Assembly: GCA_045837725.1 (NCBI GenBank)
Contig: JBEWZL010000244.1
Coordinates: 434,001-498,000 of the forward strand
Length of the DNA stretch: 64,000 nt
Source: Vermamoeba vermiformis
Taxonomy: Eukaryota
Reading direction: 5' to 3'
Part shown: in pieces, positions 11,072-23,396 of the stretch
Layout of the letters: the number at the start of each line of letters is the position of its first letter
Position numbering within the stretch: the stretch's first letter is position 1
The notes under the pieces: generated by a model
Database searches by the model: none
Seen by the model: the letters and a program-made list of their open reading frames with translations, nothing else
Told to the model about the DNA's origin: nothing
Program-made: the position numbers and the translations under genes

Positions 11072-14000
11072 ATGCAGTCATTAACATTAGATATACTCAA
11101 AAAACTGCCCAAAGCCGAGCTTCATTGTCATTTAGGTACGTTTCATTACAGATCGAACCCGTTCATTAAAATGTGCGAGATCTCCGGCACCCTCATTGGG
11201 ACGATATTAATCTTGATCTTTATTAGATGGAAGCGTTCGTGCATCTACCATCGTAGAATTGGCGAAAGAGCAAGTATGTATTTGTCAGACAAAATTAGAA
11301 AATATTTTTGAAAATGTCAAATTAATTCTTAAAATATTATTAGCGTGTTGAATTGCCTACTTATGATGTAGAAGAGTTGAAAAAAATTGTATCAGTCGAT
11401 TTAGATTGCAAATCACTGGAAGAATATTTGCGGGGCTTTGAGATCACCCTTCGTGTTCTGCAACGCGCTTGTTAGTAGCCTATTATCAATAGCAAATGGG
11501 TGCATATTAATAATTATATTATTTAGATGCCATTACTCGTGTGATGTATGAAGTTTGCGAGGATGCAGTCAACGATGGTGTTAAATATCTCGAAGTGCGA
11601 TTCTCTCCTATTCTCCACGTTGAAGGTAATATAAATCAATAAATAGCTTCGTTGTTAGCGGATCTAAATCAAATTTTAGGCGGTTTGAGCCTCAGCGGAG
11701 TTATGGAGGCAATTATTCAGGGCTTGGTGAGCATTGAGAAATTACTAAAATGAATATTATTGGAAATTAAAATATTTTATAGGTAATGGCTGAATATAGA
11801 CTGCCTATTAAAGCCCAAATTATCGTTTGCGGCATGCGTCAGCTTCCTTCAAGCGTAACTCTGAACCTAGCTGAGATTGCATGGTACGCTAACATTGCAT
11901 AAATTCGTCAGCATATCTAACTCCATTTAAGGCGATTCCGTCATAAAGGAGTCGTTGGATTTGATTTGGCAGGTCCTGAACAAGGTAAGTTCCGTTCAGT
12001 GAACTACGTATCTCATGAAATCACGTGATTAACGTTTGGTTCATGAACGCAGGATTCAGCTCCAAGCACCACAAAGAAGCGTTTGATTTGATTAGAAGCA
12101 AATGCATCAATTGCACGTTACACAGGTAGCTACTTCGAGCAGCAAATTACGACTACTTAATTTATGTCAATACTTACATTGTGTATTTAGCGGTGAAGGA
12201 GCAGGCTGGGAGTCAGTTCTCGATAGCATTCAGTTCTGCGGAGCTCATCGTATTGGTCACGGTACGCGTGAAGTTGACACCTGTCACGAGATCCACTAAC
12301 AAATGACACTTTGACAGGTGTCAGATTAATTCAAAATGAAGAGCTGTTGAAGCACGTAGCAGACCGTGGTATTGCTATTGAGGTACGCGCTATAATTTAA
12401 ATTGCTCTATCAACTGACGGAAATTTCGTAGTGTTGTTTGACGAGTAATGTACAAACCAAAGCAATTGCCAAGCTGGAAGATCATCCGATCAGACACTTC
12501 TACGACAGCGGAATTATTGTCGTACCAGGCACTGATAACGTTAGCGTGTCAAAAGTGACGTTGAGCGGCGAATACTTGTTGATCCACAACATTTTTAAGT
12601 TCAACGTCGAAGAAGTCGTGCGCTTGATTGACAGTACGCCTAATTTGGTAATAATCAGTTATATGTTTACTGACCGATTTTTCAGACGGTTTTAAGGCCT
12701 CGTTCATGGATGTAGTCTCGAAGAAAAGAATTCGCGCTGAAGTGTTCCGCGATTGCATTGTGGTGCTGAAACACGTACGTTGCTACATGACATATATATA
12801 TTCACGTACTAATATACCCTGCAAGGCCGGTGTTGATTTGACTCCGTTTAAGAAACAAAAGCACTCGTGGTGGAGCGAGATTGGTGTTGATTTGGAGGAC
12901 TTGTTAGCTCCGAGCAAGTACATCCTAAGCACTTAATTTATTGCTTAACTCACGGTTGTTTGAAGATTGCCTTTTTGGGGTAGCCACGTGAACCCTGAAA
13001 TTAGCCGTGAGCTCGTCAAGGCTCTGCCAAAAGCAGATCTGCATTGCAACCTCGATGGATCTGTTTCGATTGATTGGTTATGGTAAGCAACAACAAGAAC
13101 ATATAACAAATAATTAACACTATTTTAGGAATCAACTAACTCACAATGACGTGAAGATTAAAGAGCTGTTTAATGTTGAATGCAACACTTCGGAGGTAAG
13201 TTCGACAAACTTTCCATAAAAGGAGATTTATGATTAACAAGGGTCAAATAGGAGCTTGAAAACTTGTTGAAACAACAAACCGAGCATTCAGCGCTATTAT
13301 GCAAACGCATCATCAAACAAGTGCTGCAAACAAAGGAACAAATTGAAAGTGCACTCGATGACATTGCCACGCACGCTATTGAAGACGGAGTGAAGTGTAA
13401 GTTACGCAATATAAACATCACATAACTTCTCTGACACATTTTTATTCAGACATGGAACTCGCTTTCAGACCTCAAACTCACGCACTCGGAAAAATGACGC
13501 CGCACGAAGCATTGGTACGTCACAATATTTAATCTCAAAGTACACATCGTTGAATTTACTTACGATATTTGTGCAGCAATCCTTGTTATCAAAAGTCCGT
13601 TTGCTCAACGACAAACATCGCTCGTTGCTCAAGATCGCCGTAGTAGTCTACGTCAGCACTGTAGCCGACGGTAAGTATTATAACTACCATTATATAGTGC
13701 CTTGTTTATTCGCTAATTGCTCTGCAGATCCAATTGTGTTCAAAGAAATTGCCGAGTTAGCCGTTGCGTACCGCAGTGAAGTGTGCGGTTTTGGCATTTA
13801 TGGCGACAAAGAAATTGGCGCGCAAGAAGCGAAGTACTTTGCCAACACCATCAACTACTTGAAAAAGATGTTCATGAACGTGGCTATCTATTGCTCGAGG
13901 TACGCGAGGGCTGACAAGTGACACTTTGACACCTGTCATCAAAATTTTTCACGCCTCCAAACAAGATTAACCCCCTTATTAATAATACTATACTAACAAT

Positions 14001-14612
14001 ATATTATAAAGCGTTGATTCAATTATCACTGCGTTATCGGTCGGTGGTGCCAGACGAATTAGCGGCGCTTTTTACATGCACAAGTTCCCTCGTTTGATGA
14101 GCTACTTAGGTAGGTCTTCATTCTGTATATATATTACCTAATAATACTAATATTTAATGTTTTTGTAGCGGACCATCGTGTTCCTGTCGAATTGAGCTTG
14201 ACCAGTAAATTGTTGCAAAAAGCGGGTGAAGTTAAAACATTCTCCGGCAATCCTATCGGTCTATTTATTGGTAAGTACTAATCATTACCATATAAGGAAT
14301 AGATAAATTCTTAGAAACCTTATTTTACTGACCATGATTCCGTTTTTAGATAATGAAGTTCCCGTTACAATTTGCTCGTTCAGATCGCTGTTGTCAAAGT
14401 ACAACCGCAACGAGACTATCTATCGTATCATCAATGAATGTGGCTTGTCTATCTCGCAAGTCTTGTCGTTGCTCAGCACCGGATTCAGTTTGAATTTCCA
14501 GCCTTTGGCCACGCGTAACGAAATGTTGGAGAACTTCATGAAAGAGTCGCACGATTTGTTGACTAAGAAGGGCTTCCAATATTTGACCAAGAAACAATAT
14601 TCGTTGCATTAA
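11072..14612 (+). CDS. Adenosine deaminase family protein with two tandem ADA domains (multi-exon)
   Basis: Domain 1: LPKAELHCHLDGSVR, DGVKYLEVRFSP, VGFDLAGPE, TLHSGEGAG, HRIGHG, CLTSNVQT, HPI, PGTDN. Domain 2 begins LPKADLHCNLDGSVS (~13024). Many short GT-AG introns. Confidence 0.85.
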
Positions 14613-14879
14613 ACAGAGCGTTTCATAATAAAAAACTAAATTCAGTTTGCTTTCGGATCCGCCTGTTTTCTGATCTCTCAAAGGTTATATAGATAAGGTT
14701 AACTCCATTTCCTCCCTATACATTCCTGATTTATATATCATAGATACGATGTCCGCCTCCGTCTTGCCTTAAATGGTTAACTGAATAAAATTGATAAACA
14801 AAAATGAGATCGACAAGGCTCGTGACCTATTGCAAAATATTGATAGCAAGATACGATACACAGAAGAATACATGCAATA

Positions 14880-17026
14880 ATGGAAATAAAAGAGGGAGAC
14901 AATTTGTTCGACGCTCTGCCGATTGAGATCTTGGAAACAATTTTTGTTTTCTGCGGGATCGATGCCAAAAATGTCGCCAAAATTAGAAAAATAATTATTT
15001 AAATCCATCAAAGTATTGGCCGTGCTTAAAAGCGAGCAGACGGACTGATAATTAGGATCCGTTACGAATTCTGACTGTCTGATTCTGACCAAAAAATCAG
15101 AATTCTGACCGCAAAATAATTTGTCAGGATTTGTCACGTCAGAATTTTATTGCGGATTGAAGAATTACTGATTCTGACCACGCAAAATAATTTTACTGTA
15201 CAGTACCGTTTGTGAGCTATATATATGGTATATATGATTGAAAATGATATAAACAAACAAATTGCTTCGTTCGCGAGGCTGATCTAAGCGTACTGTGCGT
15301 ATAAATTAGCTGTTGATCGGAGCCAATCCTGCCCCGCTCACAATTTATATTTATGCAGAAGATAACATTTCCTAAGTGTTGTTGCATATATAGTGACCAT
15401 TAACGGTCTCAGAATTTATGATAGAGTGCTAAAGTTTAATACCGGATGTGCACTTTATTCGTGCAACGATGAAAGGCTACGCACCCGATTGTAACTGTGG
15501 GTAAAGTAGCTCTATGACATATATAGAAAATTCATTGCTGAATGAGCAAAAATAAGGCTTGCTGATAGCCGATATTCAAAAAAATTCTAAAATTTTTTCG
15601 TTCTGACCGCAAAAGCTGAAAAAATTCGTCAGAATCAGAAAACGTAATACTTTTCGAATTTTTTCTTGGGTTAACCAGAAGTCAGACAGTCAGAAAATCA
15701 GACAGTCAGAAAACGTAACGGATCCGATAATTAAACATAGTCTCCGTAAATTATTCCCACAACAAGCGAAAAATTAATTAAAATCCATTTTTATTAGGCT
15801 CGAGCAAGTATCTAAGAAGTGCAAGCAATATTGTTGGCGCTGTCAACCTTCTCTCGACTTGCATCCGTATCATTCAGTTGTCACCCAGCACGTGCTTAGA
15901 AAGCTGCTGAAATTGACCAATTATGGAAAATTGAAGTATTTATCGTTAAATACATGCGTTTATATCGATGGAGACCAATTTCCGCCTTTGGAAAACTTGT
16001 CGACTTTAGAACACTTGGATCTTGGCAACTGCGATACCCTCGATGATAAAGTCTTCGTGAATAGTTGGAATATGCCTAATTTATTATCGCTAAATCTGCG
16101 AAATACCGGTGTCTCAAGCATAGGTACGGATCAAATCCAAAAAAAAATTGGAACGAAAACTAATTTTATTCTGTTAGGACTTATGGGCCTTAGAAAATTA
16201 ACTCGCTTAACATCGCTCGATGTATATCATTGCTACAATGTTTCAACCCTGAAGCTGGTCTCGTCCTTGACTAACATCAAGTCTCTTGACTGCGGGTTTT
16301 GCGACTCGATGCGCGTGATGAGTGGCATTCGAGACATTACCAGTCTGCAAAAGTTAGAAGTACTCAACTGCCAGTTCTACTTTTTCGATAATGGTAAGTT
16401 ATAGGATATTTACACCAGTATATTATTTGTTCCAAACAAGTCCTCTCGCATCCAAAAAAATTTTCTCCCGTACAATTCCAATTACTCTATTCGAATTTTA
16501 TGATAGATAATAGTATAAGGAATTTATTGATGTCTTAATTTTTGGTTTTGTTGCTGACTTTGTTTTTTTAGCATTTGGTCTGCTGACAATGTTCCAACAT
16601 TTGACCAGTCTCGATGTGTCGCAGTCAAGTATGGTCACTAAACGAGGTGCCGCACTGTTAGCGAAATTAACTGGCTTAAAGTCGCTTAATATCAGCTGGT
16701 GTGATAAACTGGACGATGAAGGAATGAAGTCCCTGACGACATTAGTGAACTTGGAAGAGTTGAATATAGCCTATTGCAGACTTTTAACCGACGAATCAAT
16801 GGCTGTCGTGGGAAATTTCACAAAATTAACGCGATTGGACATCAGCGGAATAACTCACTTGACCGACGACGGAGCGAAGCATTTGCACGCGTTGAAGGGT
16901 TTGCGCGAGTTCAATATTGACATGTGTCATAATATAACCCCTGCAGGAGTCGTTGATTATAGAAAAGTAATGCTACGACAATCTGCAAACTTAAAAATAT
17001 CAACGGACTCGATCGATGTAGATTAG
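14880..17026 (+). CDS. F-box/LRR (AMN1/FBXL-type) protein
   Basis: Exon at 14880 encodes MEIKEGDNLFDALPIEILETIFVFC (F-box). It continues at 15798 with LEQVSKKCKQYCW, then Cys-containing LRRs (LTSLDVSQS, LKSLNISWCDKLDDEG, LEELNIAYCRLLTDES). The first intron contains a MITE and lacks a clean phase-2 GT donor. Confidence 0.7.
15055..15725. mobile_element. Non-autonomous TIR DNA transposon (MITE), 671 bp
   Basis: Left end GGATCCGTTACGAATTCTGACTGTCTGATT and right end AATCAGACAGTCAGAAAACGTAACGGATCC form an imperfect ~30-bp inverted repeat. Exact 8-bp direct repeat GATAATTA at 15047-15054 and 15726-15733. Multiple subterminal TTCTGAC/GTCAGAA motifs. No transposase ORF. Confidence 0.9.
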
Positions 17027-17139
17027 ATCCTACTTACTAAGTAATCTTTTTGTTTAAAAATAAAATGTTTATTATATATTATATAAACGATTCCGAAACT
17101 AGTAAGAGCTGCAAATGATCGTAGGTTGAGTCCGACACG

Positions 17140-17231
17140 CGTCAACATGTCAAAAAGAGTTCTCCGTCGCTCTCGTGACACGTTTAGAATTAGTGTTTGA
17201 ACGAGAGGACATCATTACGACAGTATTGCGG
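17140..17231 (-). promoter_or_regulatory. Eukaryotic SECIS element (type II-like) in the 3'UTR of the SelU gene
   Basis: The minus strand reads AUGAU-GUC-CUCUCGU-UC-AAA-CAC..GUG-UC-ACGAGAG-C-GAC-GGAG. This gives an AUGA/GA quartet (17215-17212 / 17165-17162), a 10-bp helix II, unpaired AAA 12 nt after AUGAN, an apical mini-stem and a plausible helix I. It lies ~230 nt downstream of the stop codon. Confidence 0.8.
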
Positions 17232-17444
17232 TGCCATTGGACAATCTGAAAGCAATCTCGTCGATTGCCTAATTAGGAAATGGCAGGCAGAATGGCAATA
17301 ATTGTTTAGTCATTTCCTGTTCAGCAACGAGAGATCAAACTTTCAAACTCGAAAAAATAAATTTTCGTCGACCTCTTATAATCAAATACTGCTCCTATTA
17401 CCTCGAAAATTCGTCAAATCTATTTACAACTTAGATGCGAGTAG

Positions 17445-18572
17445 TTAGGCGGCGTCTTCATCGCGAGGAGTCTTCTTTTCCTTGTGCTCGTCGTTAGGGA
17501 AGATGACCTTAAGCTCAGCTTTGATAGTCTCCTTGTCAAATCCAACAGCTTTCAAAACAGATTCGACTGGAGCGTGATCTCCTGGATAACTCTCAGAGTG
17601 AGTGTACAAGACCTAGAAAAATTAATCGATTAGATTTAATGTCTTATAAGCAATATGTAGATAATTATCGATGATAGGATTTCTCAATAAGGCTAAACGG
17701 AGACTCGGAGTTATTTGTGAATCCGAAACGGATTTGGACTTACGTGATCTTCAGGTTCGACAACGAGAACGCCTCCTAATTGATTACCATCACCTTGAGT
17801 TTTAGCTATTAAATTGACGATTAGCAAGTGAGATCTAAGTTGAAATTTGACAGTACAAAAACTTACCTTGACGGAAACCCTTCTTAAAAGCTTGGAAGGC
17901 CTTCTTCCACATACCCGCGGAGAAGAAAACGCTAAGACCGCTCGATTTCTAAATATTATTCGTAAGAATCTTTCGTAAAAAGAATTTTCCGAGATCTGAA
18001 TCTGTTAGAGAACGGTATTCCGAAAGTTACCTTGAAGTTCAGTGCCTTGTAAGAGTGCAATTCGGGGTCGGTATAGAGTTCACCTTCGAATTTGGTCTCT
18101 TCGACAAACGCATTCGCCATCCGAACGTTCCCGTTTCCGATCGCGATCAAACTAACTTCTTTCTGCAATATTTAAGGTAAATTTATCATCACTTCGCGAG
18201 ATAGATATAGTAAATACTTACACTTGCCAAGAGAGGTTTAATTTTTGCCATTGTAGCTGCCTGCTGCCTGCAGAAAACTGGATGCGTCTTTAGAATCATT
18301 TTTGCAATTAATTAGTTATTTTTTCTCGCACTTACTTCACCCATAGTGACGCAACCAAACAATGGCCTGTTGAAAAGAAGCGAATTATTAATTATTACGA
18401 AGATCAACTTTTCGGGATACGGAAGATTCAGTCAATTTGCTTAGTACTTTCTATATATGTATATTAATATGGTACTTACTGCTTTTCTTCCTTTCCAAAG
18501 TGAAGCCAACTCGACTTCGCTGCCGTCGAGGGCTTTAATCAAAACACCAGCGACTTGCTTGTTGATCGACAT
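17445..18572 (-). CDS. Selenoprotein U / PRXL2 (AhpC-TSA_2 peroxiredoxin-like) with selenocysteine
   Basis: Spliced product MSINKQVAGVLIKALDGSEVELASLWKGRKA-AIVWLRHYG-U-IFCRQQAA...IAIGNG...LYTDPELHSYKALNF...GDGNQLGGVLVV...YPGDHAPVESVL. The in-frame TGA at 18339-18337 falls at the redox C/UxxC position. Confidence 0.88.
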
Positions 18573-19182
18573 CCGGCAGTCGCTAAAAAGATTCTAATTG
18601 ATTAAAATACTACAACTAGTATCTGTACGTGTGGTCGTGTGATTACGATGTATAAAATAAGTGACGGATCGCCAAAAAGAGATTTTCTCTTGTCGCGCAC
18701 GTGACAATTCCCAAACGAAACAGGATGTCGCGCGATGAAGTAAATTACACGTAAATCAAGCATAGAGGACCACTGCACTCTTAGCAAACATTGGTACAGT
18801 ATTTTACTTGCCACAGCAAATTGTTTACTGAAAACTGGCCTTTTCTATTGAAAGATCGGCTTGCATCAGTTTCAGGCAAATTATCACAATTTTACGTTTC
18901 ATTAATCGATATGGATAAGCGTAAAAATAATTGTCATAATGCACCTGAGCTACCTCGCTGTAGAGTTGTAATTTGTTTAATTTTTATTGCAAATTTTTCC
19001 AAATCCAAATCGAAATCGCTCTGCTGGTTACAATTAAAATCACCAATATAATTACTGTACCACGATTAAAATCAAGTACCCACACTCAAAGAGCTCTAAA
19101 AATAGCTTGCAAATTTTTTTCGCGGCTTTATTCGCCAACAGCTCATTATTTTGTTTCAATCAATGCTCAAGCACGTATTATA

Positions 19183-21512
19183 ATGAAATTTATTATATTT
19201 ATATTGTGTTCAGTCGCTTTAATTGGCGCCATTCAAGCGCAACTCGTTGCAAATCTGGATACGACTCGAGCACGCCTGCTTCACGGCTGGGTTGGCTCTG
19301 GCGGTCCGACGCCTATAGATGTGACTATTTATAATGACTTAGGAAATTCCGTATTCGAGGACACAGTGTATCCAGGGGTAAGTAAAAATACAATCCGTTT
19401 TACGAACTGCTGCAATTAATTCCGAACCGATTAAAACAAGGTTAATTTTATTACAATCGTAGTGTTATTGTTCTATTAATACCATTTTGCATTGATTTTA
19501 GCGAAGTTAACGGACAGCACATAACTGTAAATTTAAATTTAATTTGCCAAATAGTTGACAACAGCTAATTCTGATTTAATTATCATAACGATTCCTTATC
19601 TAATATGTCGTATTATATAGGCCTCTAGCAGATGGGTCTATCTTGGAAGCCTATCTGCTTTCACGTTCGGCAATAACCTTGGATTCGATCTTCCTTACCA
19701 AAGCATCGATGCACGAGTAGCGACATACGTCCTATATGGCTCTAACGCTAGCAATCCTAATATCGATGTATGGGCTGATTCAACGGACAAGCCTCCTCGA
19801 GGCAAAGCCCGCATCCGTTTCTCATCTACCGTTGCCGAAGACTTTACAATCGTTATTGGCTCTTCTTCGAAACAATTATCATCTGGATCTGATATTAAGG
19901 CCTATGTTGAATTCGACGTTGATCCTGGATTGATTCAGATCTCGACTCAAGACAACAGATTTACGAGCAGCCACTCAGTGGATGCGGATGTGACTTATCG
20001 AGCCATTCATGTGATGCAAGAGGGCAATGATGTCGTTTTGTTAGCTGTTACATGCGATTATAGCGTTACTGGACGATGGAACATTGTCAGCTTGTTAAAC
20101 TCGGATGCGACTGTTATTCGTGGTGGTGTTGCCGAATCAACTCAAACTCTCGTAATGTAAGTATCTTGTTATAATAATTTATCAAAGATTTTAGCAACTT
20201 TTATCTATCCCACGTGACTTCTAACGTCTGGATCTGATCGTACAAAAAAAGTTCACTTATTTTATTTGATGTTACATGAGTTACTAAATATGGCTATATG
20301 TTAGGGCAAATGGAGCAACCAAGTACCGCGAATATATTCCTGGCAACGCTGAAGTGCAGATCCAACCATTACAAGGCAGCATTAATTATTTAGTACGAAT
20401 ATTTATGGCCGGATTCGAAGAAATGACGATGGTGATTGGTGCAGGAATAAGCTTAAATATCGACTATATTCCACAGCCGAAGAATAACAAAGCGTTAGTC
20501 GTGTTCAAGAACGATTGGACCTCTGCGACGGTGTCAACTCTCGAAGGATCCGTATTGATCCCTAATCTCGTTGTTGGCTGGTCGTCGTATATTGAGATAG
20601 AGCCCGGCAGTACGAGTGGATTCAGCATGGGTCCGATGACTAAGGTCTCGGTCAATCTCGAGGCCAATAACGTGTACATCATTGCGTTCAACGAGAACAA
20701 CATCGTAACTATGGTCCAAGCGGAGACTGGAGCCCCGTACAATTTGCGCCACATTCACGCCACGGCCACGTGTCAAAACCCAACGTCACTTTTCTTCAGC
20801 AACACTTCGAGTCCTATCATCAGTTCGGTCGAGTACGGTACCGCATCCGCGTACACATCGACAGTCACGTGGGCAGGATACTACAAGTACGTGGTTAAGG
20901 ATCAAGATGGCAAGTACATTGGTGCCGCAGCATTCAGATCTGAGCCCAACAAAAACTACAGCTTGATCACCATCGGCAAGTGTGACGTGACAGCAGTACC
21001 GCCCGTCAAAGTGTTCTACTGGCAAGACGACAACACTTTGCCCGAGGAAGGCATGGCACGTGTCAAAGCACTGCACGGCTCGTACGACACTTCGCCGTCG
21101 AACCCCATTCTGCAAATTAACGGCACCGTATCGCTGGAGCAAATGACATTCGGATATTTCAGTCCCAGTTACAAAGACATTCCTGGCGGCATGAAGCACC
21201 TCATTAACGTCAGTTTCGACAATAGCTAGAGAGTTCAATAAGACAGTGTACATTGGCAATCAGACCGTCGCGACAATAGTGACAGCTGGATCTTGGGCCG
21301 ATGACACTTTTGACATTTTTGTCTTCGCTGATGTCGGCACACTTCAAGAGCCTTCAAACGAGTCGCCGAACCGCGCGCCCATTGCCACACCGGCAAAAAA
21401 TAACAACGCGCCAAAGAGTTCAACTTCCACTGCTACTGGTAGTAGTAATAGCCTTTCAGCCATTATACTAATGGCCCTAATCGCAGTATTGGCCTTATTA
21501 TGTGTATATTAA
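19183..21512 (+). CDS. Secreted, probably GPI-anchored multi-DUF4397-like beta-sandwich surface protein
   Basis: Signal peptide MKFIIFILCSVALIGAIQA; repeated ARLLHG / LRHIHA / ARVKALHGS units with YGTASAY and FGYFSPSY; Ser/Thr stalk and hydrophobic C-terminus. The last junction needs a short GC-AG intron (~21189-21225) or a frameshift. Confidence 0.65.
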
Positions 21513-21851
21513 ACGAAATTAACATCCAGATGAAGATCAAGCGCTTTTTACGGATTTACCATACAATTTGCTCGGGTGAGACGCTACCTTGAAAAGATTT
21601 ATATATACTCATTGACGACCCTCTTTATGCTTCCTATTATTACTAAATTTCAACGGCTTATGTACAAATTCGGTTTTTTGTTTTTTGTTCTTTATCTCGT
21701 ACTATTTCACGAACGGAAAGACGCAACAAGCCGAAGAAATGTACATCGATCATTCCTTCGGAAAATATCGTACCTTATGTTGTTATTGCGTAGTCCTATT
21801 GTATTATTCGTGACAAGAACGGAGCACGGCGAATTGCGGAGTTAGCAACAG

Positions 21852-23180
21852 ATGGAACACAACCTGGCTCAAGTACTTCCTAATGACATCTGGAGGGTCA
21901 TATTAGCATTTGTAGATAATTTCTATACGATTATTGCCCTTAAACGAGTTTCACGTTGGTTACATCATGAGATCTTGAGGACAAAAATATTGGATTCACT
22001 TGACAATGCAAAATTTAGCACTAGTAAGTTACGGATAATTTTACATCATTATATACATATTATTAAAATAATTTATATTTTATAGAAATGATTTCTTATT
22101 TTACCCGACGAAAGATCACCCAAAATATTCCGGATGAACCGTAAGCCTTCCATTTGTTATATTTAATTACTAATATTTTAATCTGTAGCACGACGATAAA
22201 GATGATCTCGCCGAAAATAGTCTCATTTACGTCTGTAAAAGACAAAAGAAATGAATTAGCCAAGTTACTCCAGGTAAAATCATTTAAACTAGGAAAATTG
22301 ATTATCATAGTATTAATATCATATAATAATAGGACAATCGTGATCGCTTACCCGTAAGTTTGTAAAATTAGCCGATCTGGCGAGCTAATAGTGATTTACT
22401 TAGAACAACGGTGTATTTCTGAGCTCGACCGGCATTCAAGTGCATCCTAGAGTAGTAAGTAATATTTGATATTGCTTTAACTTTAAATTTGATGCGATAT
22501 CAAAAATTTTTGGTACATCCAGAATTCTCTATAACAAAAACTTGCAATGTCTGTCGGACGCGTATTAATTTATTATATATTAATAGCTAAGAATCCCTGA
22601 AGACGACCGCACGCTCGGGATCTATTGGCTCGGAGGTCATGCAGGCTTATTAATGTTCGATCTCGAAGACAGATCCAGTTTTCTCCGTATAATCGAGGAA
22701 TGGCTGCCATTCTGTTACAAACAACGCTCATCTTTGAATCCTAGAATGGTTTATCACCTCATTGGATTTGTTTCTAAGAACAAATCGAAACGCGCTGTAA
22801 CGGAGCACGAGATCGAGGTACAGAGCTTTTGTAAACAAATCAATCTTCTATTTAATATAATATTTAATTAATTACCACTCAATAGTATTATATTTTTACT
22901 AATTAAGCTTTCATTCTTCAGTTACTGGCGGATCTGTTCGGTTTAAAGTACCACGAAGTCCTATCCGATACTATTATGAATCTCGTGCAGCCAATTCAAT
23001 TGCTGTGTGAAGACTTAGCCACCGTTCAAATGTAAGTGCTTGATATTAATATTGCTATTCTTAGCTAAGAAAATTTTTTGCTGATCGGATTTGATTTTTT
23101 CCAGTACATCACAAGCTACTGAAATAGACGGCGACGATTTAGAGCCCTATAACGACAAGAATGAATGCTCCATAATGTAG
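21852..23180 (+). CDS. F-box-like domain fused to a degenerate Ras/Rab-like GTPase fold with CaaX box
   Basis: N-terminus LPNDIWRVILAFV..LKRVSRWL. Later YWLGGHAGLLMFDLEDRSSFLRIIEEWL..YHLIG..KRAVTEHEIE..LADLFGLKYHEV. C-terminus ECSIM-stop (23180). The middle exons are uncertain. Confidence 0.6.
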
Positions 23181-23396
23181 ATATCAATGTTGATAGTATT
23201 GGCCAGCCGCGTGGCTATTGACGCTGTTGGTACGGAAAGACTGTCAATTGTAGTAATTTTTATTATTATAGAAAAATGAAATCAATTTGAAAAGTGAACG
23301 ATTCTTCATACTTATTCATTATTTACAAAGTTCTTCAGTAAACCCTCTGATTCACCTGAAAAATCGCGTTCCGGTACAAAATTCTTTCTTAACTCA

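Noticed and set aside
15055-15725. CRISPR-like array of short TTCTGAC repeats
   Set aside because: Spacing is irregular, both orientations occur and the context is eukaryotic. They are explained as MITE subterminal repeats.
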